A stretch of DNA of 64,000 nt from an uncultured Isosphaeraceae bacterium (GCA_964507445.1 CAZDQF010000017.1:28613-92612); one strand, 5' to 3'. Shown: positions 9,789 through 20,817, numbered from the stretch's first letter. Notes: a model not told the origin generated them from the sequence alone. Made by a program: numbers and translations.

Positions 9789-11570
9789 ATGGTCATGAAT
9801 CGCACGATTCCCTGGAAGGTACGAGGGGCGTTGATCCTCGTCCTGTTGGTCGTGGCATGTAGCGACGGGGGGCCGGAGGCCACGACCCCGACCTGGGAGG
9901 ACAGGACCGTCCACTGGACCCCGGAGGGGATCCGGCATGACGGTGGTGACGGCAGCGCCCCGAGCTGGGCCTTCGATGCCAGCATCGAGGCCAACAACAA
10001 GCTCACCAGGCACGGGATGCAGATCGGCCTCGGCCTGAAGCAGGCCGGTTTCGCCCTGGAGCGCATCGTCATCCGGACCGAAGAGGCCCACCCCCTGCTG
10101 GGAATCGCCGCGGAACGGATGGTGGAGGAGCTGGCCAAGGTGCCGGGGGTCCAGTGGATCTGGTGCCCGGCGGCCGACAGCCCGCCGCAGGTGGGAGGGT
10201 TGAGACCGGACCTCGAGATCGCCCTCAGACTGGACGGCGCGGTGAGGCCGACGCAGGATCAAGGTCGGGTCAGGATCGAGGCCTACGCGGAGTGCCGCGC
10301 CGCCAACAACCCGGGGTCGTGGATGGTCGCCCGCAACGACCCGGTGTTGCCGTGGAACACCACCTACACCCTTGAACATCGTTCCCTGACCACCCTGTCG
10401 AAGAGCGTGGGGAGGAGCGCCCCCCTGATGCGGATGGCCGGCGTCAACATGGGTGAGCAGTTCGGCGTCGCCATCGCCAAGGCCATCACCGAGCTACGGG
10501 ACGAGAACGGCCCTCCGCCGGAGATGCCGGAGCCCCTGCGCAGGTCGTATGAACCGACGCCGCCCGTGGACTGGCCCGCGGAGTTGCCCTTCAAGCTGAT
10601 CGCCAGCTACCACGGCGACGCGGTCGCCAACATGACCACGTGGACGCTCTCCACCACGCTGGCGAAGCGGGAGGTGATGGCGTCCCTCACCGACGCCATG
10701 ACGGCCCAGGGGTGGGCCAAGGCCCGGGGCTCCAGCGACAACAACCTGCGCATGAGACGCGGCGACGACGAGCTGAACATCGAGGCATCCGTCGCCAGGA
10801 CACCCATCACTCCCGACCGACTCAAGGCGGAGGGACGACAGGCCGTGGACGAGGGGCTGGAGGGCGCCGCCCAGACGACCCGGCCGCCCATCATCTTCAC
10901 CGCGGGGTTCCTGCGCCAGACCCCCACCACGGACCTCACCGAACAGATCAAGGGTCTGGAGTTCTCCAACGAACAGCTGCCCTGGCTGCTCAGCCAGGCC
11001 TCGCTCCTCGATACCGTCACGGAGAAGCGACTCATCGCAGCCCTCGGCAGCCCTCCCGCGGGAGGATGGCGAACCTGTCTCCAGATCGCCCTCATGCAGG
11101 AAGGCCACGGAGACAAGGAAGGTGCTGATCGCTCCACCAGACGAGCGCGCACCCTGGCCTGGATAGCGAACCAACACGGCGCGCTGAAGCGTCAGTGGAT
11201 CGGGTTCCGGGACACCCCGGAGTCCACGCCGACCGCCCAGGACCTGGCGGACTGCGGCGCCGCGACGCTGACGCCCGGCGCAGTCCTGGAGCGCGTCCTC
11301 GGGGTCCATGAATCGGTCCTGGTCATGGACGCGGACGACTCGGGCCGCGTGCGAGCGGTCCGTCGGGTCTCCGTGGGACCCGGCCTCGTGCTCACCGGCC
11401 TGACTCGCACGGCCGGCGGCTCCAGCCGCCGCATCCAGGGCGGGCCGCCGATCGCAGCCAACCTCATGATCGACCTCGAAGGGAGCCGAATCCGGCTCTC
11501 CGCAGCCCTCGTGACCGACACAGACGGTCCTCGCCGCTGCCGGGTGAAGCTGTGGGTGGCGGACCGGTGA
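9789..11570 (+). CDS. Hypothetical lipoprotein (593 aa), with no recognisable domain
   Basis: Lipobox LVVAC at the N-terminus; protein-like amino-acid composition, in contrast to the R/G/P-rich antisense ORFs. Confidence 0.6.
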   Translation: MVMNRTIPWKVRGALILVLLVVACSDGGPEATTPTWEDRTVHWTPEGIRHDGGDGSAPSWAFDASIEANNKLTRHGMQIGLGLKQAGFALERIVIRTEEAHPLLGIAAERMVEELAKVPGVQWIWCPAADSPPQVGGLRPDLEIALRLDGAVRPTQDQGRVRIEAYAECRAANNPGSWMVARNDPVLPWNTTYTLEHRSLTTLSKSVGRSAPLMRMAGVNMGEQFGVAIAKAITELRDENGPPPEMPEPLRRSYEPTPPVDWPAELPFKLIASYHGDAVANMTTWTLSTTLAKREVMASLTDAMTAQGWAKARGSSDNNLRMRRGDDELNIEASVARTPITPDRLKAEGRQAVDEGLEGAAQTTRPPIIFTAGFLRQTPTTDLTEQIKGLEFSNEQLPWLLSQASLLDTVTEKRLIAALGSPPAGGWRTCLQIALMQEGHGDKEGADRSTRRARTLAWIANQHGALKRQWIGFRDTPESTPTAQDLADCGAATLTPGAVLERVLGVHESVLVMDADDSGRVRAVRRVSVGPGLVLTGLTRTAGGSSRRIQGGPPIAANLMIDLEGSRIRLSAALVTDTDGPRRCRVKLWVADR

Positions 11571-11579
11571 CCGGCCCCC

Positions 11580-12422
11580 CTACTTCCGCTTCTTCGCCTT
11601 GATGAACGTGAACGCGAGCGGGGCCGCCTTGCCACCCTCCACCGTCACCTTCTGGTTGTTCGCCCACTTGTACTTCTCGTGCCAGGCACGCACCTCATAG
11701 GTGCCGTCCGGCAGACCGGCGGTGGCGATGTGGAAGGTGCCGTCCTCGGCGGAGACGGCGAAGTAGGGGTGGTCGAAGATCGCGGTGACGGCCTTCATCC
11801 AGGGGTGGATGTCGCACTTGAAGACCGCTGTCCCCACCTCCGCCTTGGTGAATGGCATCCGCAGCCCGTCGGTGCGATCAGGAGACTGGGTGATGTTCCA
11901 GTCACCGTTGAGCTTCGAGGAGAAGCGGACGTTGTGCATGCCCGGATCCGAATTGCGGATCCTCACCTCCTGGCCCAGCTGCACCGTCAGGACGTGGGGC
12001 GTGTAGCGACAACCCACCTGATCCAGGATCGCCGTGGGGCGCTCCGCGCCCTGCACGCCCTTGTGATCGGAGGGCACGCCTTTCAGGTACACGACCACGT
12101 TCGCCAGATTGCCGTCGCGGTCGATACGGACGTGTTCAAGCTTGAATCCGTAGGGATTGGCGCTCGAACATTGGGGGTCACAGCTGACATCGATCACGCG
12201 CGGCTTGGGCCGCTCCCCCTCGAAGGTCACGCGGCCAACCAGCCCCGACCCTTCAGGCTGAGACACGTCCGTGCTGCGGGCGGCCGAATCCCCTGACCCA
12301 CCGGCGCCCGGGCCATCATCGGAACGAGCGCAGGCCCCCAGGGTCACCAACCCTCCCAGCAGGATCACCACCAACAATCGGCGCGCAGATCTAGGAGCTA
12401 CTGAGTCTCCGTGTCGGCTCAT
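11580..12422 (-). CDS. Secreted cupredoxin-like (type-1 copper?) domain protein
   Basis: Signal peptide/lipobox (LVTLGAC). Candidate copper ligands H…C-x2-H-x2-M (GMHNVRF … KCDIHPWMKA). ATG at 12422; the track ORF begins at the upstream TTG 12575. Confidence 0.5.
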   Translation of the reverse strand: MSRHGDSVAPRSARRLLVVILLGGLVTLGACARSDDGPGAGGSGDSAARSTDVSQPEGSGLVGRVTFEGERPKPRVIDVSCDPQCSSANPYGFKLEHVRIDRDGNLANVVVYLKGVPSDHKGVQGAERPTAILDQVGCRYTPHVLTVQLGQEVRIRNSDPGMHNVRFSSKLNGDWNITQSPDRTDGLRMPFTKAEVGTAVFKCDIHPWMKAVTAIFDHPYFAVSAEDGTFHIATAGLPDGTYEVRAWHEKYKWANNQKVTVEGGKAAPLAFTFIKAKKRK

Positions 12423-12608
12423 GGGTGGGGTCTCCCTTGCATGCGGAACCGGTGCGCGGCGGTTCGCCCTATCCCATGTGGAGCATGGTGAACAGGACAA
12501 ACGAAGTGGTTGAAGCCCGTTTGATCTGGACCGGCGCCTGCCACGGGCGTGAGGCCGCAACGGAGGGCCGAGCACGAGGCCCGCTGTCGAAGGTCGCGGG
12601 CGGGGAGC

Positions 12609-13394
12609 TCAGACGCCCGCCGCCACCCGCAGCCCGAGGCTGCAGTTGCGGAGGGTCGGCTCGAAGGCGAGGAAGTACGCGGGCCGGCAAGCGGAGCGAT
12701 CCAGCAACCAGGACCCGCCACGCACGGTGCGAGCGTTACCGTCCTTGATGAGAGGGTCGATGAGGCTGCCGCGGCAGGCCTCCACGTCGCCGTCACCGTC
12801 ACCGTCACCGTCGGCGCACCACTCGAACACGTTGCCGTGCATGTCGTGGAAGCCCCAGGGATTCGCAGCCTTGGTCCCCACGTCGTGGGTCCTGTTGCTG
12901 GCGTTGCCACCATGCCAGGCCACCGCGTCCAGGTCCTCAGGCAACGCGCCCTCGACTCCGGCGCGACACGCGTACTCCCACTCGGCGTCGGCGGGGAAGC
13001 GCAGACCGGTCTGCTGCAGGAAGGTGGAGGCGTCCTGCCACGAGACCTGCTCAACCGGGCGGTCCCGGCCGTCGAACAGGGAGGGGTTGGCGCCGATGAC
13101 ATCGAACCACTGGCCCTGGGTCACCGGATAGCGACCGAGATAGAACGGACGGCTGATGATCACACGATGCTGTGGGCGTTCGTTGACGGCGACGAACGGG
13201 TCGTCGGGCCCGGAGCCGCGCAGGTAGGAGCCCGCGGGGACCAGCAGAAGCTCGATGCCCGCCCGATCCTCGCGGATATGCCACGGGTGCCCGCTCTGGA
13301 GGATGGCCTCACGGGCGGCCGGCTCCGTGACCACCTCGGCGTCGGGCTCGTAGGCAACAACCTTCGAGACAATGGTTTGTGTCGTCATGCCCAT
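12609..13394 (-). CDS. Formylglycine-generating-enzyme (FGE/SUMF1) family protein
   Basis: Family motifs RFPADAEWEYACRAG and GGSWLLDRSACRPAYF…LGLRVA. Alternative starts at 13472 and 13388. Confidence 0.8.
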   Translation of the reverse strand: MGMTTQTIVSKVVAYEPDAEVVTEPAAREAILQSGHPWHIREDRAGIELLLVPAGSYLRGSGPDDPFVAVNERPQHRVIISRPFYLGRYPVTQGQWFDVIGANPSLFDGRDRPVEQVSWQDASTFLQQTGLRFPADAEWEYACRAGVEGALPEDLDAVAWHGGNASNRTHDVGTKAANPWGFHDMHGNVFEWCADGDGDGDGDVEACRGSLIDPLIKDGNARTVRGGSWLLDRSACRPAYFLAFEPTLRNCSLGLRVAAGV

Positions 13395-13542
13395 CCCCCT
13401 CTCTCGGAACGACGGAAGGAAAAGGGCTCGCCCCACGCTCGCCTCTGAGGGACCGCGTGCGACCAGCACCATGAGAGAATACCCCCAAATTGGGCGCGGA
13501 ATCTAGGAAAAACCGCGCACAAACGGAGATATGGAAAGGACT

Positions 13543-14580
13543 TCAGCGAGAGAGGGCCGCGTGGCTGCCGTCCAGGAAGGACGCGCACTCGGTCACGTCG
13601 TCACCGGAGCCCATGAAGATGGACGTGCGCTGATGCAGCTCCGTCGGTTGCACGTCCAGGACCCGCCCTCCGGTCCCGGTGATGGCGCGGCCGCCCGCTT
13701 GCTCGACCACGAACGCCAGCGGGTTGACCTCGTACTGCAGCCGCAGCTTGCCCCCCGGCTTGGACACGGTCCCCGGATACATGAAGATCCCGCCCTTGAT
13801 CAAGGTGCGGTGCACGTCGGAGATCATGCTGCCGATGTAGCGCGACGTCCGGGGGCGTCGGGTCTCGCCGTCGCTCTCCTTGAGCCAGCCGACGTAACGC
13901 TGGAGGTTCGGATCCCAGGAGTGGGTGTCCCGCTCGTTGATGGAGTAGATCTTGCCGTGGTCGGGGATCCGGATGTTCTCATGAGAGAGCAGGAACTCGC
14001 CGAGGGTCGGGTCCAGGGTGAACCCGTGGACCCCGTGCCCCGTGGTGTACACCATCACGGTGGATGATCCGTAGATCACGTATCCGGCGGCCACCTGGGC
14101 GTGCCCGGGCTGCAGACAATCGTCCTCCGTGCCATGAGCGCCAGAGGAGATACGTTGGTGGATGCTGAAGATGGTGCCGATGGAGGCGTTGCAGTCGATG
14201 TTGGACGACCCGTCCAGGGGGTCGAACATGAGCACGTATTTGGCGTCCTCTGAGGCGAACTTCTCCGGGATGGGGATGATCTCCTCCTGCTCCTCGGAGG
14301 CCATGACGCACACCCGGCCGGTGTGGTCGTTCATCCGGTAGATGGCCTTGTCCGCGTAGATGTCGAGCTTCTTCACCTCATCGCCGGAGACGTTCACCGT
14401 CCCTTCGTCTCCCAGGATGTCCCCGAGCCCGGCCCGGCGAACCTCCCTGGAGATGATCTTGGCGCTGGCCGCCACGTCGTTGAGGAGCAGGGTGAGGGCT
14501 CCCGTGGCGCCCGGCCGGAAGCTCTGCTGCTGGAGGATGTGACGCTCGATGGTGACGATCTTGCTGGAGAAGGTAGCCAT
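13543..14580 (-). CDS. fbp: Fructose-1,6-bisphosphatase class 1
   Basis: 345 aa with characteristic segments (…LMFDPLDGSSNID…, GYVIYGSSTVMVYTTG, MRYIGSM-like YIGSMISDVHRTL). Confidence 0.9.
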   Translation of the reverse strand: MATFSSKIVTIERHILQQQSFRPGATGALTLLLNDVAASAKIISREVRRAGLGDILGDEGTVNVSGDEVKKLDIYADKAIYRMNDHTGRVCVMASEEQEEIIPIPEKFASEDAKYVLMFDPLDGSSNIDCNASIGTIFSIHQRISSGAHGTEDDCLQPGHAQVAAGYVIYGSSTVMVYTTGHGVHGFTLDPTLGEFLLSHENIRIPDHGKIYSINERDTHSWDPNLQRYVGWLKESDGETRRPRTSRYIGSMISDVHRTLIKGGIFMYPGTVSKPGGKLRLQYEVNPLAFVVEQAGGRAITGTGGRVLDVQPTELHQRTSIFMGSGDDVTECASFLDGSHAALSR

Positions 14581-14625
14581 GGGCTCCGAGATTAGGCCTC
14601 GAGGAGGCCCAAATCAACGCATGGC

Positions 14626-15744
<1,119 letters not shown>

Positions 15745-15757
15745 CCCGGTAACCCCG

Positions 15758-17137
15758 TTGAACCCACCTCGATCCCGAACTCGCGAGATCGTCGCCCTGG
15801 CGGCCCCGGTGGTCCTGGGGCAGGTCTCCAACGTGGTGGTCGGCCTCACCGACACCATCATGATCGCGGACACGGGACAGGCGCCCCTGGCGGCGCTCGG
15901 CCTGGCGGCGCCGGTCTTCCTCATCGGATTCCTGGTGTTCTCCGCCTTGTTTCAAGGCACCCAGACCATCTGCGCCCGACGCCTGGGCGAGGAGCGGGTC
16001 AAGGAGACCGGCGTGGTCCTCTCCAGCGCCCTGGTGCTGGCCATGGTCATCGGCATCCCGGCCAGCGCCCTGGGGTTCCTCCTCCCCGGCCCGCTGATGG
16101 ATGTGATCGCCACCGACGGCGAGACCGCAACCATCGCCACGGAGTACCTCAACTACCGCTGGGGCGGCGGCATGTGGCTCATCGTCATGGCCTTCGCCTT
16201 CCGCGGCTTCTACTGGGGCCTCGGGCTGACGCGCACGGACCTGCTGGTGAGCCTGATCTTCAACCTGGCCAACGTGGTCCTCAACTGGGTCTTCATCTAC
16301 GGCAACCTTGGGGCCCCCTCCATGGGCGCCGCGGGTGCGGGACTGGCCTCCGCCCTGGCGAACCTCCTCTCCGTGGTGACGTTCCTCGTCCTGACCCTGA
16401 GGCCGAAGATCCAGGCCCGCTGCGGCGGGTTCCCCTGCCGTCCGCAACGGAAGATCTCCCTCAACGTACTCCGGCTCTCCCTGCCCAGGTCGGCCCAGGC
16501 CATCGCCTTCACCCAGACCATCCTGTTCTTCAAGATCGTCGGCGACAGCGCCGGCCAGGAAGGGCTGGCGGCGTCCGCGGTGATCTGGCGCTTCATCGGC
16601 TTCACGGTCCTCGTGTCCCTCGGGTTGGGCACGGCCACCGCCACCCTCGTGGGTCGCGAGCTGGGCGCCGGACGCCCGGACTCCGCCGAGAAGTTCGGCT
16701 GGGCGTCCATGCGCGTGGGCATGGTCACGGTGTTCTGCCTGGCCGGGATCTTCGCCCTGTTGCGGGAGCCGATCCTGGTGATGTTCTTCCAGCGGGACCC
16801 TGACGTGGGGTCGACCACGGCTCTGACCCCCGAACAGCTCGTGGCCCTCACCACGGCCCCGTTCCTGCTGATGCTCGGCTTCCAGGTGGTGGACGCCGTG
16901 GGCATCGTCCTGGCCCGCGCCCTCAACGGCGCCGGCGCGGTGATGTACGTCATGTGGACGGAGTTCGTCGTGGCCTGGGCGGTGTGCATCCCGGCGACGT
17001 ACCTGGGCGTTCACCTGTTGAACGACTCCGACCCGCTGCTCGGTGCGTGGTGGGGATGGGCCGCCTACTGCACCGCCTGGGCCGCCGCCATGCTCTGGCG
17101 CTGGCGGGGCGGCACGTGGAAGGGCATCAAGGTCTGA
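15758..17137 (+). CDS. MATE-family multidrug/solute efflux transporter
   Basis: A 459-aa 12-TM protein with the NorM/DinF-like N-terminus (IVALAAPVVLGQVSNVVVGLTDTIMIA). Confidence 0.85.
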   Translation: MNPPRSRTREIVALAAPVVLGQVSNVVVGLTDTIMIADTGQAPLAALGLAAPVFLIGFLVFSALFQGTQTICARRLGEERVKETGVVLSSALVLAMVIGIPASALGFLLPGPLMDVIATDGETATIATEYLNYRWGGGMWLIVMAFAFRGFYWGLGLTRTDLLVSLIFNLANVVLNWVFIYGNLGAPSMGAAGAGLASALANLLSVVTFLVLTLRPKIQARCGGFPCRPQRKISLNVLRLSLPRSAQAIAFTQTILFFKIVGDSAGQEGLAASAVIWRFIGFTVLVSLGLGTATATLVGRELGAGRPDSAEKFGWASMRVGMVTVFCLAGIFALLREPILVMFFQRDPDVGSTTALTPEQLVALTTAPFLLMLGFQVVDAVGIVLARALNGAGAVMYVMWTEFVVAWAVCIPATYLGVHLLNDSDPLLGAWWGWAAYCTAWAAAMLWRWRGGTWKGIKV

Positions 17138-17186
17138 CCGTCGATCACACCTTGACCTGACGGACCCCACCGGGTGTCATGCGCCC

Positions 17187-17678
17187 ATGCCCGGCTCACC
17201 TCCGCAGGTCAACGCCTTCGTCATCTGTGATCAGGCCTTCCCCCAGGCAGGGACGGGGAAGTGGTGCGTCATCGGGACGTTCGGCGTCATCTGGGCGCAA
17301 CGGTTCCCGGTCACCCACGCGCCCCTGGTGCTGTTCATCGGCCTCTCCGACTTCGAAGGCAACTGCACCGTGGCGGTGGGGATCCGGAACGGGAGCGGCG
17401 CCCCGGTGACCCTCCCCGCTCAGGATCAGGAAGGCAATCAGATCACCGAGATCAAGATGCAGTTCCAGGCCGTGCCCATGAGCGTGGCGGAGTTCGCCGT
17501 GCCGTTCCCTCCGGTGACCTTCGAAGAGCCGGGGAGCTACACGCTGGAGCTGAGCGCGGACGGCGTCATGCTGGCGGCCCGCTCCTTCCGGGTGGAGAAG
17601 GCCCCACCCGCACCGCCTCCGGGCAAGATGCCCCCCGGCGGCTTCCCCCAACCTCCCATGTCGGGGAACGAGGAATAG
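17187..17678 (+). CDS. Hypothetical protein (about 163 aa) with a Pro-rich C-terminus
   Basis: ATG at 17187 inside the longer ORF 17043..17678. It has non-antisense-like composition and sits between MATE and top6A. Confidence 0.4.
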   Translation: MPGSPPQVNAFVICDQAFPQAGTGKWCVIGTFGVIWAQRFPVTHAPLVLFIGLSDFEGNCTVAVGIRNGSGAPVTLPAQDQEGNQITEIKMQFQAVPMSVAEFAVPFPPVTFEEPGSYTLELSADGVMLAARSFRVEKAPPAPPPGKMPPGGFPQPPMSGNEE

Positions 17679-17696
17679 CGGGCAGCCCCGTCGGCC

Positions 17697-19103
17697 TCAG
17701 GGCAGGAACCCGCGGGGGTTCTTGAGCTTGGCCGGCAGGTACGTGTCCAGCACGTAGTTCAGGCCCCATTTGGCGAGGGCCTGCTGCTCCGCCCTGACCC
17801 CCATCTTCAGCAGCTGCTGCATGGCCTTCGTCCACGGCTTGTGGGCCTTGAAGAACGGGTCGTTCTTCAAGGCGTCCTTGGCCCGCCTCACGTCCACGTC
17901 CTTCAGCGGGTGGGTCGGCAGCTTGTAGTCCAGGATGTCCTGGGGAGTCACCCCCAGGAAGCGAGCCTTGGGGACGCAGTAGAACTGGTTGATGTGGGCG
18001 GCGTTGCCCGATCCCACCTTCAGGCTGCGGTAGATGTTGCTGATCCCATAGGGGTCGCAATCCACGAAGGCGTAAACGGGGATCTTCTGGCTGTCCGACA
18101 GACGCCGGATGAACCGGCGGCAGGCCCGGGTGGGGACCCCGCTCATGGAGACGATCACACAGCGGGCATTGGCCGGGTAGGCGTGGTACTGCAGGCGCTG
18201 GAACATGCCGCCCGTCTCGATGGCGAGGATGAACCGGGCCTTGGTCCTGAACTTCAGGTGCTCCACCGAGTGCGGGATGGTGTAGGCGCCGGACCCGAAC
18301 TGGGTGCAGTCGATCTCGATCTGCTTGCCGGTGGCCGGATCGCGATCGATCACCACCAGCTCTCCCGCCACGGCGCCGCCATGCTCGTCCGGATAGAAGC
18401 GGAGCTGTTCTCGGGTGACGCCATCGAGGGAGAAGGTCGCCTCGATGTCATCCATGACCGTGTCCGACTCGGTCTGCTGATCGAACCGGGCGTCCCCCCA
18501 GTTCTTGCTCTGGTAGTAAGCGTCCCGCTTGGTGGCGAACGTGTCCTCGCGCACCATCTCCTTGGACAAGGCCATCATCCGCAGGGTCTGGGCGAAGGTC
18601 CGCACCGTGTTCACGGTCAGGGTACGGGTCTTGCGCTGGCGACCGATCTGGAAATAGCCCACGCGAGCGTCGTAGCGGACGTTGGAGAGGGCCCGCACGG
18701 GCAGACTGAGCTCGGGCTTGGCGCCCCGCTTGATGCGGGCGTGCACGCCCGCCGCCGCCTTGTCGATGGCCACGACCACCTTGGCCTTCTTCCACGCGTC
18801 CCGGCGAGCCCGCCTGCGGGACGCCCCGCGGGCCCGGCCACCCACCCCTGGTGGTAAGCCCTGGGGTTCATCCGCCGACTCCTGCCGAGGCAGCTCGTCC
18901 GCGGCGGCGTAGGCTCGCTTCCGCACGCTGACCGTGGCCTCCAGAGCGGCCTTGGGGGACGAACGGCCGCCGGCCGCGGGCTTCTTCCTCGCGGCGGGCT
19001 TCTTCCTGCTCGCCTTCTTCTTCGCGGCGGGCTTCTTCCTGCTCACCTTCTTCTTCGCGGCGGGCTTCTTGCGCTTGGCTGCGACCTTCTTCTTTCCGGC
19101 CAT
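17697..19103 (-). CDS. top6A: DNA topoisomerase VI subunit A (Spo11/Top6A) with a Lys/Ala/Pro-rich N-terminal tail
   Basis: Toprim motif YAFVDCDPYGISNIYRSLKVGS and a winged-helix region (…TLVRTFAQTL…). The first 55 or so residues are KKPAAKKK-type repeats. Its start lies 1 nt after the top6B stop. Confidence 0.85.
   Translation of the reverse strand: MAGKKKVAAKRKKPAAKKKVSRKKPAAKKKASRKKPAARKKPAAGGRSSPKAALEATVSVRKRAYAAADELPRQESADEPQGLPPGVGGRARGASRRRARRDAWKKAKVVVAIDKAAAGVHARIKRGAKPELSLPVRALSNVRYDARVGYFQIGRQRKTRTLTVNTVRTFAQTLRMMALSKEMVREDTFATKRDAYYQSKNWGDARFDQQTESDTVMDDIEATFSLDGVTREQLRFYPDEHGGAVAGELVVIDRDPATGKQIEIDCTQFGSGAYTIPHSVEHLKFRTKARFILAIETGGMFQRLQYHAYPANARCVIVSMSGVPTRACRRFIRRLSDSQKIPVYAFVDCDPYGISNIYRSLKVGSGNAAHINQFYCVPKARFLGVTPQDILDYKLPTHPLKDVDVRRAKDALKNDPFFKAHKPWTKAMQQLLKMGVRAEQQALAKWGLNYVLDTYLPAKLKNPRGFLP
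18976..19075. repeat. Imperfect roughly 39-bp tandem duplication (gcgggcttcttcctgctc[g/a]ccttcttcttcgcggcg) that encodes the KKPAAKKK tail of Top6A
   Basis: Read from the sequence; it is coding. Confidence 0.6.
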
Positions 19104-19104
19104 C

Positions 19105-20775
19105 TCAGAGCTTCCGACTACGCTCGAGGATGTCCTCGAGCCTGGCCACGGCCTTGTCCGTGTCCTTGTCCGACAGCTCCAGGATCTCCTGGAGCGCCAC
19201 GCCGATCTGGGGCAGGTAACGGGAGATGAAGTCGCGCTTCTTCATCTCGTCCGCCTCACGACGGCGGCGGGAGAGGAAGGCCCCGAGCTTGCGTCCGCAC
19301 TCGTTGAGGGCGAGGCGGATCTCCTTGATGATCTCCGGGTAGTGCGCCACCGCCTCCTTGCTCTCCGAGGTGAAGGGCACCCAGACGGACGCCACGTGAA
19401 CCAGGACGGTCAACGGGCCAACGGGCAACGCGCCTCGCGACTGCTGCAGGCCGTAGTTCTTCCACGACGTCCCGACAATGGCCTTGTTGATGGCGCAGGC
19501 GCCGGGCTGATACAGCAAGGGCACCCGGTTGGCCAGACGGAGCACCCGGGCCAGGTCGTCCGCGGGGAGGCTCCCCCCCCAGGCGATGCCGGCTTCAACC
19601 ACGAACGGGTTGCCCCGGTAGACCGCGGGCGGACGGGTGACGGCGGTGAAGAAGTCCGCGTCCACTTCCTTCTTGAGCCCTTCCAGGATCAGGTCCTGGC
19701 CCACCGGGACGACGCAATCCGTGGCGGGCGCCATGACCCTCGTCTTCTGGATGGCCTTGTAGAGCAGGTCCGCCTCTCGATTGGCGATGGTCGTGGGGCG
19801 AGCCTTGGGCGAGATCCCCGCCTGTTCGCAGATGGCGTCCGCCACCGCCGCGGACACCCTCGAGAACGTGTCCTGCAGCGCCCCCTTGAGGGTGCGTGCG
19901 CCGCTCTCCTTCATGAGGCGTGCGAGCACCCCCAGCTCCACGCCATGGGGGTGAGGCTTGATCTGCCTGGCGGGTTCCGGGACCACCTTGCAAGCGCGCC
20001 TGAACACCACCAGCTCCTCCCCCGGAGCGCGGTAACTGATGGCGGCGTGGGGGTTGGCCATGGCGGTCTGCTGCAGGTACTCGTCCACGGACTGCCGCCC
20101 CTTCAGGTAGCGACCCTCCAGCTCGATCTCCACCCGGGTCCCCGACCCCTTGCGGAAGCCCTTGGCCTCCCGCTCCCGGGACACCTCCGGACGGTTACGG
20201 GCGGTGTCGATGCGCACGTCCATTCGCACCGCCTTCCCGGTCCTCGAGGTGCGCGTGGTGATGCGCATGGGCTTGCCCGTGGTCAGCTGCCCGTACATCC
20301 CGGCGGCGGAGATGCCGATCCCCTGCTGACCGCGGCTCTGCTTCAGGCTGTGGAACTTGGAACCGTACAGGAGCTTGCCGAAGATCTTCCCCACCTGCGC
20401 CTTGACGATCCCCGGACCGTTGTCCTCCACGGCGACCACGAAGCGGTCGTCCTCACCCTCCACGGGGATGATCTCCACCAGGATGTCCGGCAGGATCTCC
20501 GCCTCCTCACAGGCGTCCACGCTGTTGTCCACCGCCTCCTTGATGGTGGTCAGCAGCGCCTTGCGGGGGTTGTCGAAGCCGAGGAGGTGCCGATTCTTGG
20601 CGAAGAACTCGGACACCGAGATCTCGCGCTGGCCGCGGGCCATGGTCTCCGCCGTGGCCTTGGTGCGCCTCGCCTTGGAGCGGGAAGGGGCCGCGCCGGA
20701 CGAACGCCCGACCGCCTTCTTGCGAGGCCGCTTCTTCGCCGCTGCCTTCTTCTTCCTGCCGCCGCCGACCGCCAT
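19105..20775 (-). CDS. top6B: DNA topoisomerase VI subunit B (GHKL/Bergerat ATPase) with a Lys/Arg-rich N-terminal tail
   Basis: …SEFFAKNRHLLGFD…, the Bergerat-fold ATP-lid VEDNGPGI, …GQQGIGISAA…, and a transducer domain. The N-terminal 45 or so aa are RKKKAAAKKRPRKK. Confidence 0.85.
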   Translation of the reverse strand: MAVGGGRKKKAAAKKRPRKKAVGRSSGAAPSRSKARRTKATAETMARGQREISVSEFFAKNRHLLGFDNPRKALLTTIKEAVDNSVDACEEAEILPDILVEIIPVEGEDDRFVVAVEDNGPGIVKAQVGKIFGKLLYGSKFHSLKQSRGQQGIGISAAGMYGQLTTGKPMRITTRTSRTGKAVRMDVRIDTARNRPEVSREREAKGFRKGSGTRVEIELEGRYLKGRQSVDEYLQQTAMANPHAAISYRAPGEELVVFRRACKVVPEPARQIKPHPHGVELGVLARLMKESGARTLKGALQDTFSRVSAAVADAICEQAGISPKARPTTIANREADLLYKAIQKTRVMAPATDCVVPVGQDLILEGLKKEVDADFFTAVTRPPAVYRGNPFVVEAGIAWGGSLPADDLARVLRLANRVPLLYQPGACAINKAIVGTSWKNYGLQQSRGALPVGPLTVLVHVASVWVPFTSESKEAVAHYPEIIKEIRLALNECGRKLGAFLSRRRREADEMKKRDFISRYLPQIGVALQEILELSDKDTDKAVARLEDILERSRKL

Positions 20776-20817
20776 GGGCCGGTCAGTATAGCGGCTGCGG
20801 ACCGACCGGTGCCCGGC

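Noticed and set aside
12595-12623. GC-rich hairpin (gcgggcg…cgcccgc) at the 3' end of the FGE-like gene, considered as a terminator
   Set aside because: It overlaps the stop codon, the stem is only 7 bp with an 11-nt loop, there is no U-tract, and another gene follows 186 bp downstream on the same strand.
13531-14067. 178-aa plus-strand ORF within the fbp region
   Set aside because: It is the antisense of a high-confidence fructose-1,6-bisphosphatase gene.
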